Source: Bacteroidota bacterium (lineage in GTDB: Bacteria > Bacteroidota > Bacteroidia > UKL13-3). Taken from it: a stretch of DNA of 64,000 nt. Shown piece after piece: positions 10,006-19,139 of the stretch. Below the pieces are notes generated by a model. That model had not been told where the DNA came from. It did no database searches and was given only the letters and a program-made list of their open reading frames with translations. Within the stretch, counting starts at the first letter, position 1. Every line of letters begins with the position of its first letter. The stretch lies in the NCBI GenBank assembly GCA_037141455.1, contig JBAXCN010000004.1, positions 4,325 to 68,324 of the forward strand, in the 5' to 3' direction. The position numbers and the translations under genes are program-made.

Positions 10006-10650
10006 TTGGGAATAGAAATAATTACAAAATACTTTAGTCAATTAACCGAAAAAAAGATTGAACAATTTACAACTTTATATACATTATATGCTGACTGGAA
10101 TAGTAAAATAAATGTTGTTTCGCGAAAAGATTTTGAATCGCTTTACGAAAAACATGTTTTACATAGTTTAGCCATTGCCAAATACATTCAGTTTGAAAAA
10201 GGTACAAAAATATTAGATATAGGCACCGGTGGTGGTTTTCCTGGCATTCCTTTAGCCATATTATTTCCAGAAGTTGAATTTACACTTTGCGACTCAATAG
10301 GAAAAAAAATAAAAGTAGCGGAAGAAGTTTCAAAAGGATTGGGTTTAACAAATACAGATTTTGTTGTAGGGCGAGTAGAAAATTTAAAAGAAGAGTTTCA
10401 TTTTATATTGAGTAGGGCAGTAGCACCTATGGAAACGCTTTACCGCTGGACACAAGATTACATTGCAGAAGAGTGTTTTAATTCCAAATTAAACGGTTAC
10501 TTATTATTAAAAGGTGGTGATTTAAAAGAAGAAATTAAAGAAATTAAAAGGCTAAATGCCAAACTGAATGTTCAAACTTCCGACCTAAATAACTTTTTTG
10601 ACGAACCATTTTTTGAAACAAAACAACTGGTTTATATTTTTAAAAATTAA
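10006..10650 (+). CDS. rsmG: 16S rRNA (guanine527-N7)-methyltransferase
   Basis: 214-aa ORF matching the RsmG/GidB pattern (HVLHSL, ILDIGTGGGFPGIPLAI). TTG start. Confidence 0.85.
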   Translation: MGIEIITKYFSQLTEKKIEQFTTLYTLYADWNSKINVVSRKDFESLYEKHVLHSLAIAKYIQFEKGTKILDIGTGGGFPGIPLAILFPEVEFTLCDSIGKKIKVAEEVSKGLGLTNTDFVVGRVENLKEEFHFILSRAVAPMETLYRWTQDYIAEECFNSKLNGYLLLKGGDLKEEIKEIKRLNAKLNVQTSDLNNFFDEPFFETKQLVYIFKN

Positions 10651-10657
10651 GTTTTAG

Positions 10658-10945
10658 TTAAACATTTTCTTTAGTTAAATTACTAATTCTACCTATCATA
10701 CAGCTAGCATAACTTTTTATTTGAAGCAACAAACCATTTTCTTCCGTTGCTTCAGGGTAGCCTAAATCGTGTAATTTTTTAATTATTTCATTTCTATTAT
10801 CTAAACCATAGGTCAATATCACTTTGTCTTCTTCATTTATTACTTCAACAGCTTTTACACCTGCTATTTTTAGTAATTCATTTTTAATAGTGGTTGCGCA
10901 GCCCGTACATTTAATGTTTGCTAAATAAATTGCTTCAGTTTTCAT
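10658..10945 (-). CDS. Heavy-metal-associated (HMA) domain protein
   Basis: 95-aa ORF with a CTGC metal-binding motif near the N-terminus in a ferredoxin-like HMA context. Confidence 0.65.
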   Translation of the reverse strand: MKTEAIYLANIKCTGCATTIKNELLKIAGVKAVEVINEEDKVILTYGLDNRNEIIKKLHDLGYPEATEENGLLLQIKSYASCMIGRISNLTKENV

Positions 10946-10947
10946 GG

Positions 10948-11148
10948 TTATTTATTTTTTGAAGACAAACCAAATATGCTGTAAATAGGGCAAAAACTAA
11001 TAAAACTAGTTGCTATAAAAATGGTAGCAATTATTAATAAAACAATAGAAAGGGTACCATCAATTTTACCCATAAAATAGAGTGATGCAATTAATACTGC
11101 TACTAAAACCCTAATAATTTTGTCAGTTAATCCAACGTTTGTTTTCAT
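10948..11148 (-). CDS. DUF2892 (YgaP C-terminal-like) small membrane protein
   Basis: MKTNVGLTDKIIRVL start, two TM helices and a C-terminal FCPIY, all typical of DUF2892. I prefer the internal ATG at 11148 to the track start at 11190. Its stop is 2 nt before the HMA gene start. Confidence 0.6.
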   Translation of the reverse strand: MKTNVGLTDKIIRVLVAVLIASLYFMGKIDGTLSIVLLIIATIFIATSFISFCPIYSIFGLSSKNK

Positions 11149-11292
11149 ATTTATTTTTAATTTATTAATCAAATATAAATTTAAAACCAATAAGTTATGT
11201 GCTCAATACTGCTTTATTTTGTTGATTTGACTAACTTCATCACTTAATATAACTTAAATTATAAAAGGGATAAATTTTTTAGTGTTTTTCAG

Positions 11293-11712
11293 TTAATCTG
11301 TATAATTTTTATATTTATCTACAAGCAGTTTTTCTTCATAATTCGATTTAAAATAAAATAATATGAACAATAATATTCCTATTAAAATTTTGAATTGGCT
11401 TAAATTGTATAAACCAAAAAAAATTGTAAAAATAATAATTCCAGCGTAAATAGGGTGGCGAACATATTTATACAAACCGCTAGTATTTAAAACGCCATTT
11501 TCTTTAGGGGTTGGGAAAGGAGTTAAGCTTTTATTTAGCTGAATAATGCTGATTATAACCATTAAAAATCCGGTTACTGAAAAAAATAAAAATAATTGTT
11601 GGAGGTAAGGATGAATGTTAATTTTAAAGCTAATTACAGGAATTAAATAAACTATAAATAATATTAATTGAATTGATATGTAAACAAGATCTTTTCTAGG
11701 AATTTTATTCAT
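11293..11712 (-). CDS. Isoprenylcysteine carboxyl / phospholipid methyltransferase family membrane protein
   Basis: 139-aa polytopic ORF with the GLYKYVRHPIYAG motif. Confidence 0.6.
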   Translation of the reverse strand: MNKIPRKDLVYISIQLILFIVYLIPVISFKINIHPYLQQLFLFFSVTGFLMVIISIIQLNKSLTPFPTPKENGVLNTSGLYKYVRHPIYAGIIIFTIFFGLYNLSQFKILIGILLFILFYFKSNYEEKLLVDKYKNYTD

Positions 11713-11714
11713 AC

Positions 11715-12491
11715 TTAATAGATATCTTCAATTAATGAAAACACTTTTTTTAATTTTAAAAAATCCTTTGTGTAATGGTATGCATATAAAAATATTTCTT
11801 CAGCTTTATTTACATCAAAAAGGCCATATTTACTCATGTCGGGAGGAGCTATAAATAAATTGCACAAGTGCATTTTATCGTGTACTTGTTTGTTCATTGC
11901 CATATGAAAACTTCTATCAATAAGATCTTTCATATGAAAATTTTCGTTTTTAAAACTCATTTCATTGCAATGGACTCCAATAATAAATTCACATTTATTT
12001 TTAAGTGGTTCAATGGGTAAATTGTTTAAAATGCCACCATCTAAATACAAAGAATCGTTAATATTTACAGGATTAAAAACCAAAGGAATGCAAGAGGTGG
12101 CTTGTAATGCCGTTGAGAGATTTCCCTTTTTAAAATAATGAGTTTTACCTTTTATGATGTCGGTTGCAGCTATACAAATTGGAATAGGTAAACTTTCAAT
12201 AAGATTTTCTTTAAAATACTTTTTAAATATTTTATCGAACGATTGCATATTAAATATGCCAGTTTTGTTTAATTGAATATTGGAAAAACTAAAAAAGTTA
12301 CCTTTTAATGCAATTTCAATAATTTCTTCAGGCTCATAACCTGCTGAATAAAAAGCGGCAATAATAGCACCTGCGCTTGAACCTGATAAAATGGAAGGGG
12401 TAATTTCAATTTCTTCTAACGCTTTAATTGCACCTAAGTGAGCAAAACCTCTTGCACCACCTCCCGAAAGTACCAAACCTACTTTTTTCAT
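11715..12491 (-). CDS. Patatin-like phospholipase
   Basis: 258-aa ORF with the oxyanion GGGARG, the nucleophile motif GSSAG and a DGG catalytic Asp context. Confidence 0.85.
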   Translation of the reverse strand: MKKVGLVLSGGGARGFAHLGAIKALEEIEITPSILSGSSAGAIIAAFYSAGYEPEEIIEIALKGNFFSFSNIQLNKTGIFNMQSFDKIFKKYFKENLIESLPIPICIAATDIIKGKTHYFKKGNLSTALQATSCIPLVFNPVNINDSLYLDGGILNNLPIEPLKNKCEFIIGVHCNEMSFKNENFHMKDLIDRSFHMAMNKQVHDKMHLCNLFIAPPDMSKYGLFDVNKAEEIFLYAYHYTKDFLKLKKVFSLIEDIY

Positions 12492-12511
12492 GTTTTATTA
12501 TTTTTACATAA

Positions 12512-12541
12512 AAAAAGCTCAAAATATATTTTGAGCTTTTT
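12512..12541 (-). terminator. Hairpin downstream of the ferredoxin gene
   Basis: aaaaagctcaaaat / attttgagcttttt palindrome with flanking T/A runs, 5 nt beyond the ferredoxin stop. Confidence 0.55.
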
Positions 12542-12545
12542 GTTT

Positions 12546-12890
12546 TTATAAATGCATTCTGTTTTTCTTTTCTAACAAACGCTCTTGGGTTTCAACGTTT
12601 TCAGGGTCAGGTAAACAGCAGTCTACAGGACATACAGCTGCGCATTGTGGTTCCTCATGGAAACCCACACATTCGGTACATTTACCTGTTACTATATAAT
12701 AAGTATCGTCCGATTTTGGACCAAAGCGTGAGCTTGCATCAACCATTGAACCATCGATATCTACAGTTCCATTCATACTATTTCCATCTTTCCAAGCCCA
12801 TTCAGCGCCCGATTCGTAAATTGCATTGTTAGGACATTCAGGTTCACATGCACCACAATTGATGCATTCGTCAGTTATCATTATTGCCAT
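12546..12890 (-). CDS. 4Fe-4S dicluster ferredoxin
   Basis: 114-aa ORF with [12 protein letters not shown] and a second cluster CTECVGF...CAAVCP. Confidence 0.9.
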   Translation of the reverse strand: MAIMITDECINCGACEPECPNNAIYESGAEWAWKDGNSMNGTVDIDGSMVDASSRFGPKSDDTYYIVTGKCTECVGFHEEPQCAAVCPVDCCLPDPENVETQERLLEKKNRMHL

Positions 12891-12988
12891 AATATATTAT
12901 TAATTTATTTTTGTTTTTATATTGTTTTTAACAACTGCAAGATTAGTTTTGTTCTCTCAAATCTAAAAATAGAATCGTTCTAAATAAC

Positions 12989-14008
12989 ATGACTTTTCAA
13001 CAACGTGTACAAGCTTTTATTCAGTTAGGAATTTTTTTGCAAAATGCTGCTAATAATGCACATAAGGCAATTGTGGAAGCCTATTTATACAACAATTGGT
13101 TTACAGAAGAAAGCCAAAGGCTGGCTTTGCAAGCTTGGGCTGATGCTTTAAGTGAGCATAATTTAACTCGTTGGACTGAAAAATATGATTTTGAAAAACC
13201 AATTGAAAGTAAAACAGTAGCCATTATTATGGCTGGAAATATTCCTTTGGTTGGTTTACACGATTTGATTTGTGTTTTGCTATGTGGACATAATGCATTA
13301 ATAAAATTAAGTAGCGATGATAAAATACTACCCAAATTTATAGTAGCAGCATTAATGCAAATTGAACCTGAATTTACTGATAAAATAAAAATATTAAATG
13401 ACGATGAGAAGTTGTCAAATAATTTTGATGCAGTAATTGCTACAGGAAGTAATAATAGCAACCGTTATTTCGATTATTATTTTAGTAAATACCCAAATAT
13501 TTTACGTAAAAACCGAAATAGTGTTGCAGTATTAACTGGCCATGAAACCGATGAGGAAATGAAATTGCTGGCTAAAGATATTTTTACTTACTTTGGATTA
13601 GGCTGCCGCAATGTAAGCAAACTATACTTACCAAAAGGTTTTGACATGGCATTGTTTTTTGAAAATACACACGATTACGATGAATATTTAAAACACAATA
13701 AATATGACAATAATTTAATGTACCATAAATCGATTTGGTTATTAAATCAAGATGATTTTTTAGAAAACGGACTGATTAATTTAAAGGAAGATAAAGCCTT
13801 GGCATCGCCTTTGGCAAGTTTATTTTATGAGTATTACGACAATTTAGATGAAGTAAAAGCGATACTTGAAGACCGCAAAGATGAAATACAGTGTGTGGTG
13901 AGTAAAATAGATTTAGGAGTAAATATTCCATTTGGAAAAACGCAACAGCCCGAATTATGGAATTATGCCGATAATATGGATACCATTGATTTTTTGTTGA
14001 GCTTGTAG
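12989..14008 (+). CDS. Acyl-CoA reductase-like (LuxC family) protein
   Basis: 339-aa ORF. Its size, the MAGNIPLVGLHD segment and its divergent pairing with a ferredoxin gene match the Bacteroidota family annotated as acyl-CoA reductase. Confidence 0.5.
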   Translation: MTFQQRVQAFIQLGIFLQNAANNAHKAIVEAYLYNNWFTEESQRLALQAWADALSEHNLTRWTEKYDFEKPIESKTVAIIMAGNIPLVGLHDLICVLLCGHNALIKLSSDDKILPKFIVAALMQIEPEFTDKIKILNDDEKLSNNFDAVIATGSNNSNRYFDYYFSKYPNILRKNRNSVAVLTGHETDEEMKLLAKDIFTYFGLGCRNVSKLYLPKGFDMALFFENTHDYDEYLKHNKYDNNLMYHKSIWLLNQDDFLENGLINLKEDKALASPLASLFYEYYDNLDEVKAILEDRKDEIQCVVSKIDLGVNIPFGKTQQPELWNYADNMDTIDFLLSL

Positions 14009-14245
14009 CCACAGATTTCGCAGAAAACACAAATTTTCACTAACCCTTTGCGCTGTTTTATTTCCCGCTGATTTCGTAAATAAACGCAGAATTTTTTGCC
14101 ACGGAATTCACAGATTTGTTTCAATATCTATGCTATGTTTTCTATGTTTCTATGTGGTTCAAATTTTTTGCCACAGATTACACAGAAAACACAGATTTTC
14201 TTTAACACTTTGCGCTGTTTTATTTCCCGCTGATTTCGCAGATAA
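14008..14245 (+). repeat. 76-nt module in two direct copies (14008-14083, 14170-14245), with a third module family (14092-14163) between them
   Basis: gccacagattNcNcagaaaacacaNattttcNNtaacNctttgcgctgttttatttcccgctgatttcgNaNataa occurs twice with 8 mismatches. Copy 1 starts on the last base of the upstream stop codon. Confidence 0.9.
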
Positions 14246-14529
14246 TTCATCGATAACGCTAGTGTCTCGCTAGTGTTTCTATTTCATTGCCTCAGGCAAT
14301 TAGTACACATGCCGCCCCTTGTTATCGCCTATAACTATCGTCATCTAACTAACAACTTTTTGAAAGTAGAAGTTGTATTTTAATAACGAGCCGGAGGCTC
14401 AATAATAGTTTCCACCAACGAGACGTTGGCGGATGCTATGATGCTAATTAAAACATCCCCCTAACCCCCTTCGCCCGGCAAATCCAACACACAAGGGGGA
14501 ATTGTTACCGCACCTTTTGAAGATTATTT

Positions 14530-14559
14530 GCCAGCAGCCAGTTGCCAGCGGCCAATTGC
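14530..14559. repeat. GCCAGNN heptamer array (4 units)
   Basis: gccagca gccagtt gccagcg gccaatt, ending on the first base of the stop codon of the minus-strand gene 14559..16211. Confidence 0.85.
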
Positions 14560-16211
14560 TAATACCCAGTCAACGGTTTGTCTTTTGGATACTTTACTTC
14601 AAAACTAAATTTAACTGATTTGCTTTCATCGGCTTTCAATACCATTTTCCAAGTTAATTTACCTGTATTTGCATCGTAAGTTGCGCCTTGGTATTCCAAT
14701 AGTTTTACTTCTATTTCGCTGTTGTTCGATACTGGAATTTGATCTTCAATGGTTAAAGTAATGGTATCTTTATGTGTGTTTTTTACCTTTATTTCATAAG
14801 TAGTTTGTTCTTTTTTAGTGCTTCCAAAAAACGATTTTGAACTATTATCTTTCAACTTAATTCTTTCTACTTGTATGCGTTTATCTTTTCCTAAAGTAAG
14901 CAACAAAGTATCGTTGGCAGTTGGACTTATAAATGTTTTTCCAGTAAATGTTCCATCATAATAAACATTGGCTTCTCCACTAATTTGGTTAATTAAATCG
15001 TTGGCTAAAACTTGAGCAGTAACAAACACTTCTTTGTTTAATTTTGGCACCACCGCATAACCATAAATAGCATTTTGCGCAAAACTGGTTAAATCAACTT
15101 GGTGGTTTTGGTTATCGCTTGGAATGGTATAGGCTATGTTAGTTTCAAATTCTGTATTGAACATGTTTTGTAATACAGTTGGTTTAGCAAATTTGGTTTT
15201 ATAATTCGAAGGAGTGGGATCATCTGCATCAATTAATGGAGCTGCCATTGCTCTAGTTCTTCTATCAGGATTTATTTTAACGTTTTCAACAACAAGATTA
15301 TTATTAAACCATAACCAATTAGTTTGCAATTCAGGTTTTACGCCACCTTCAGCAGGGTTTGCAGTGGTTAGTTTTAGGTTTACATTGTTCCAATCTTCGC
15401 CAGTGCTTTGGATAATATTGGCTTTCAAAAAAAACTGAACATTGCTTTTATTGTCTTTTATTCTAATATCGTAAAATGGCTGCCAGCTTACGTTTCCAAC
15501 CAAATAACTTAAATCTATTTGTGCATTTTGAATATTATTATCTGCTTTTATGGTTAAAATAACTTCGTTGTTCAAAGTCAATTTTCCATTGTTGTAAGCT
15601 GCTAATTGTTGCTCTACTTGGTTCTTATAACCATAATATTTAGTTTCTAAATTACTTAAACGGAACCAATTTATTTTAAAATCGTCAAGTTTTTTTCTGT
15701 AAAGTTCCATTAAATCGTCCAAATCATCCGCTTTAACTCCAGTTTGGTTACTAGCCACATTTCTGTTGGCAAGCATCAAATCTTTTTGATGAACAATGGT
15801 TTCTTTATCTGCTTTAAAATCGGCAAGCGCAGCTTTTATGCTTGTTAGCGAATCTTCTAAGAGTAAAATGTCGTTTGGTTTCTCGTTTTTATTCAAAAAA
15901 TCGTTTCTGTTACTTACCGACAAAATGGTTAAACCAGCATTGGCTTTTACCTCCAAACTATTCATGTTTATGTATGGCGAAAGTTTATCGAAAACAATAT
16001 TAAAAACACCTGCTTCCAAGTTTACTTTTGCAGTTCGGGTAACTTGTGCTTGGGTATTAAATACAATTACATGACTTACCACACTGCTTACCTTTCGATC
16101 AATAGGTTTTTTATTGTTATAAATAAAATCATCAACCACTATTCCATTTTGTGCTGATAGGTTGAATGAAATAGCAAATGCTAAAATGATTATTAATTTT
16201 ATTTTTTTCAT
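14559..16211 (-). CDS. DUF4139 domain protein (TIGR02231 / MuiA-like family), secreted
   Basis: 550-aa ORF with a signal peptide, an N-terminal DUF4140-like segment, a central coiled-coil region and a C-terminal beta-rich domain. The family call is from memory of this architecture. Confidence 0.5.
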   Translation of the reverse strand: MKKIKLIIILAFAISFNLSAQNGIVVDDFIYNNKKPIDRKVSSVVSHVIVFNTQAQVTRTAKVNLEAGVFNIVFDKLSPYINMNSLEVKANAGLTILSVSNRNDFLNKNEKPNDILLLEDSLTSIKAALADFKADKETIVHQKDLMLANRNVASNQTGVKADDLDDLMELYRKKLDDFKINWFRLSNLETKYYGYKNQVEQQLAAYNNGKLTLNNEVILTIKADNNIQNAQIDLSYLVGNVSWQPFYDIRIKDNKSNVQFFLKANIIQSTGEDWNNVNLKLTTANPAEGGVKPELQTNWLWFNNNLVVENVKINPDRRTRAMAAPLIDADDPTPSNYKTKFAKPTVLQNMFNTEFETNIAYTIPSDNQNHQVDLTSFAQNAIYGYAVVPKLNKEVFVTAQVLANDLINQISGEANVYYDGTFTGKTFISPTANDTLLLTLGKDKRIQVERIKLKDNSSKSFFGSTKKEQTTYEIKVKNTHKDTITLTIEDQIPVSNNSEIEVKLLEYQGATYDANTGKLTWKMVLKADESKSVKFSFEVKYPKDKPLTGY

Positions 16212-16215
16212 TTGA

Positions 16216-16671
16216 TTAATTAATTTTTTCTTTTGGTAAATTTTTTAAATCCAAAATATCTTTATCTCTTCCAGAAGCAGCTTTATTTATTCTTAAATGA
16301 TGCAATGAAATATAATCAATTAATATTTCTTCTGTAACAACTTCTTTTCTTTCTTTCCAACAATCTTCGAAAAGTAAACCGTCAACAGAAGTAATTAAAT
16401 CGATCCTTTCGGGTGGAAATCCAAGTTGAACAATTGAGTTTTCTTTTGTAAAATCATTTATATTAATATCTAAACTTCCAAAACCAAATTCAAATAAAGT
16501 TTTGACAAGTTTTTCTGCGTTTTCCTTTTCTGGTTTTATCCAAAAATCTATATCTCCAGTATATCGTGGAAAGCCATGCATTGCTACTGCATAACCCCCA
16601 ACAACTAAATATTTTACATTGTTTTTATTTAACAACTGTATAAATTCTTTGAAATCGTGGCTTATTTCCAT
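16216..16671 (-). CDS. Minimal nucleotidyltransferase-fold protein
   Basis: 151-aa ORF whose VGGYAVAMHGFPRYTGDIDFW matches the G[GS]-x(9-13)-DxD signature of pol-beta-superfamily minimal NTases. Its stop is 4 nt from the DUF4139 start. Confidence 0.55.
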   Translation of the reverse strand: MEISHDFKEFIQLLNKNNVKYLVVGGYAVAMHGFPRYTGDIDFWIKPEKENAEKLVKTLFEFGFGSLDININDFTKENSIVQLGFPPERIDLITSVDGLLFEDCWKERKEVVTEEILIDYISLHHLRINKAASGRDKDILDLKNLPKEKIN

Positions 16672-16807
16672 TTAAAAAAAACGTTATATAATTCTGTCTC
16701 ATTTTTTCAAGTGCTGCTAATCTTTCAATTGGTGTTTTGGTAAGCCAATATTCCAAATCAGTTTCTGGTTCTTCCCCTAAATTGAATTTTTTAACATGCT
16801 TAATCAT
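16625..16807 (-). CDS. Small partner protein of the NTase gene
   Basis: 60-aa ORF whose 3' end overlaps the NTase ORF by 47 nt in another frame. No recognisable domain. Confidence 0.4.
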   Translation of the reverse strand: MIKHVKKFNLGEEPETDLEYWLTKTPIERLAALEKMRQNYITFFLNGNKPRFQRIYTVVK

Positions 16808-16934
16808 TTGCCAAATATATAAAATATAACAATAAAATAGTTGATGAAGCCAATTGAAAAGCTAAATTAATTGGGGTTGATAATGTGTTTTAAAAGTAAT
16901 AGTTTAAGGTATTATGAAATATGGAAAATAAATT

Positions 16935-16942
16935 TACTTTTG
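16935..16942 (+). promoter_or_regulatory. Bacteroidota-type -7 box (TACTTTTG)
   Basis: Exact match to the TAnnTTTG consensus, ending 21 nt upstream of the ATG at 16964. It lies inside the track's longer ORF, which argues for the shorter start. Confidence 0.4.
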
Positions 16943-16963
16943 CAGCCTTTTAAACCCAAAATT

Positions 16964-18031
16964 ATGTCAGATATTTTTGCACAATTACAAAAACACGATC
17001 ATGAACAAATAGTTTTTTGTCAGGATGAATACACTGGATTAAAGGCTATTATAGCAATCCATAATACAGTTTTAGGTCCTGGCTTAGGAGGAACGCGTGT
17101 TTGGAATTATACCAGCGAGGCCGATGCAGTTAACGATGTATTGCGTTTGAGCAGAGGAATGACTTACAAAGCATCCATTTCTGGATTAAATTTAGGAGGT
17201 GCTAAAGCTGTAATTATTGGCGATGCCAAAACACTTAAAACGGAAGCTTTAATGCGTAAGTTTGGTCGTTTTGTTGAAAATTTAAATGGTAAGTACATTA
17301 CTGCCGAAGATGTAAACACCACCACCCGCGACATGGAATATGTAAACATGGAAACAGACCATGTGGTAGGTTTACCTGAAAGTATGGGCGGAGGAGGAGA
17401 TCCAAGTCCTGTTACTGCTTACGGTGTATTTGTAGGAATGAAAGCTGCGGTAAACCATGTTTTTGGTTCTGATAGTTTAGCTGGTAAAAAAATAGCGGTA
17501 CAAGGAATTGGAAAAGTAGGTGGCCATTTATTAGAATATTTACACAAAGAAGGAGCAGAGTTATTTATTACTGATATTAACGAAGATACCCTAAAAAAAT
17601 ATAGTAAAGAATTAGGCGCAACTGTAGTAAGTGGCGATGATATTTATGGCTTAGATGTAGATGTTTTTGCTCCATGTGCTTTGGGTGCAATTTTAGACTC
17701 GGTAAACATTAATAAATTAAGATGCAAGGTAATTGCTGGTGCAGCAAACAATCAGTTAGCTGATGAAAACATACATGGACCTATGTTAATGGATAAAGGA
17801 ATTGCCTATGCACCAGATTTTCTTATAAATGCAGGTGGATTAATTAACGTGTATCAGGAACATATAGGTTATAACCGCGAAACAGCATTTAGCAATACCG
17901 AAAAAATATATGAAACCACTTTGGCCATATTTAAAAAATCGATTGCAGACAAAGTGCATACTCAAAAAGCAGCAACCGAATTAGCAGAAAAGCGTATTCA
18001 TGATATCATGCGTGTAGGTTCTACTTATTAA
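16964..18031 (+). CDS. Leucine (Leu/Phe/Val) dehydrogenase
   Basis: 355 aa from the internal ATG. It has GPGLGGTRVW and GGAKAV motifs and a Rossmann GIGKVG. The track start at 16871 adds 31 non-homologous residues. Confidence 0.85.
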   Translation: MSDIFAQLQKHDHEQIVFCQDEYTGLKAIIAIHNTVLGPGLGGTRVWNYTSEADAVNDVLRLSRGMTYKASISGLNLGGAKAVIIGDAKTLKTEALMRKFGRFVENLNGKYITAEDVNTTTRDMEYVNMETDHVVGLPESMGGGGDPSPVTAYGVFVGMKAAVNHVFGSDSLAGKKIAVQGIGKVGGHLLEYLHKEGAELFITDINEDTLKKYSKELGATVVSGDDIYGLDVDVFAPCALGAILDSVNINKLRCKVIAGAANNQLADENIHGPMLMDKGIAYAPDFLINAGGLINVYQEHIGYNRETAFSNTEKIYETTLAIFKKSIADKVHTQKAATELAEKRIHDIMRVGSTY

Positions 18032-18042
18032 TAAAATAATAT

Positions 18043-18076
18043 AAACAACAAGTAATAGTTTTATTACTTGTTGTTT
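18043..18076 (+). terminator. Intrinsic-terminator-like hairpin after the Leu dehydrogenase gene
   Basis: Perfect 15-bp stem aaacaacaagtaata / tattacttgttgttt with a 4-nt loop, 12 nt after the stop. Confidence 0.6.
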
Positions 18077-18171
18077 CATATATAAAGTTCTTTAGGTAAT
18101 TTTAAAAAATTGTATAGCTAAACCTAACTTACTTATAAATTTAAATTAGCTTACAAACAAAAATAATAGCT

Positions 18172-19116
18172 ATGCTATTTAGACGATTTTTAAGAATAAA
18201 AACTTTTCAAGCATTGTATGCTTACAAGCAAGATCAATCAATAAGTAGAACTATTGCTCAAAAAAACTTATTAAAATCGCTTGATAAAGCATATGAAGTG
18301 TATGTATTTTTATTGTCGTTTTTAATTGAATTTAAGTTTTTTATTGGCAAAGAAATTGAATACCAACATACCAAACATATCCCTCAGCCAGAACAGTTAG
18401 CTTTTTTAGAAGTTATTTATAACAATGCAGTTATTGAGTTATTTGAAAACGACACATTTTTACAAGAAAAAATAAAGAATCAAAAAATAGATTGGACTGA
18501 TAGTTCTTCTTTTTTTAGACAAATATTAGCAGAATTAAAGGCAATTGATACCCTATTAATTGCATCAAAAGAAGGCGACACTTCAGTATTTGCTGAAAAA
18601 CAAATTATACTTGAAATTATAGAATCGTTGATTGCAGATAGTGAAGTTTTTAATCATTATTTAGAAGAACATTTTATTAATTGGGAAGATGATGACGTAA
18701 TGGTTTTAATAGCATTTCAAAAAACACTTTCTTCGATTAAACAAAATAAAAAAGCCGAAATACTGCCAGGATTTTACAACGATAAATTAGAAGATACTCA
18801 ATTTGTATCTGATTTGTTTTTGAACACATTGGAGCAAGATGATGAACTAACTAGCTTAATTGCAGTTAAAACCCAAAATTGGGATGCTGATAGAATTGCA
18901 ACAGTTGATATGCTTTTAATGAAAATGGCTACTTGCGAAATACTTAATTTTAACCAAATACCAGTTAAAGTAAGTATAAATGAGTATTTAGAAATTGCTA
19001 AATTATACAGCAGTCCCAATAGCCATACATTTATGAATGGTGTTTTAGATAAAATACAAATTGGATTAAGAGAAGAAAATAAAATTTTAAAAACTGGAAG
19101 AGGTTTAGTGGAATAA
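18172..19116 (+). CDS. nusB: Transcription antitermination factor NusB (long Bacteroidota form)
   Basis: 314-aa ORF whose C-terminal ~135 aa carry the NusB fold signature (DRIATVD, EIL, P.KV.INEY.EIAK.Y). Confidence 0.8.
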   Translation: MLFRRFLRIKTFQALYAYKQDQSISRTIAQKNLLKSLDKAYEVYVFLLSFLIEFKFFIGKEIEYQHTKHIPQPEQLAFLEVIYNNAVIELFENDTFLQEKIKNQKIDWTDSSSFFRQILAELKAIDTLLIASKEGDTSVFAEKQIILEIIESLIADSEVFNHYLEEHFINWEDDDVMVLIAFQKTLSSIKQNKKAEILPGFYNDKLEDTQFVSDLFLNTLEQDDELTSLIAVKTQNWDADRIATVDMLLMKMATCEILNFNQIPVKVSINEYLEIAKLYSSPNSHTFMNGVLDKIQIGLREENKILKTGRGLVE

Positions 19117-19139
19117 CATTTAAAAATTATAGATTATAC

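Noticed and set aside
16625-16807. The small ORF and the NTase ORF as one gene broken by a frameshift in the A8 run (16674-16681).
   Set aside because: Adding or removing one base in the run produces an immediate stop (TAA) in both cases, and a TAA directly precedes the NTase ATG in its own frame. A simple homopolymer error cannot fuse them.
16871-16963. Long N-terminal extensions in the track for several genes (16871, 20068, 27655, 29860, 31778, 48617, 54025, 60818, 11190).
   Set aside because: Internal ATGs give N-termini that match the known family starts or signal peptides. They also remove overlaps with upstream genes or terminators, and one extension contains a perfect -7 promoter box.
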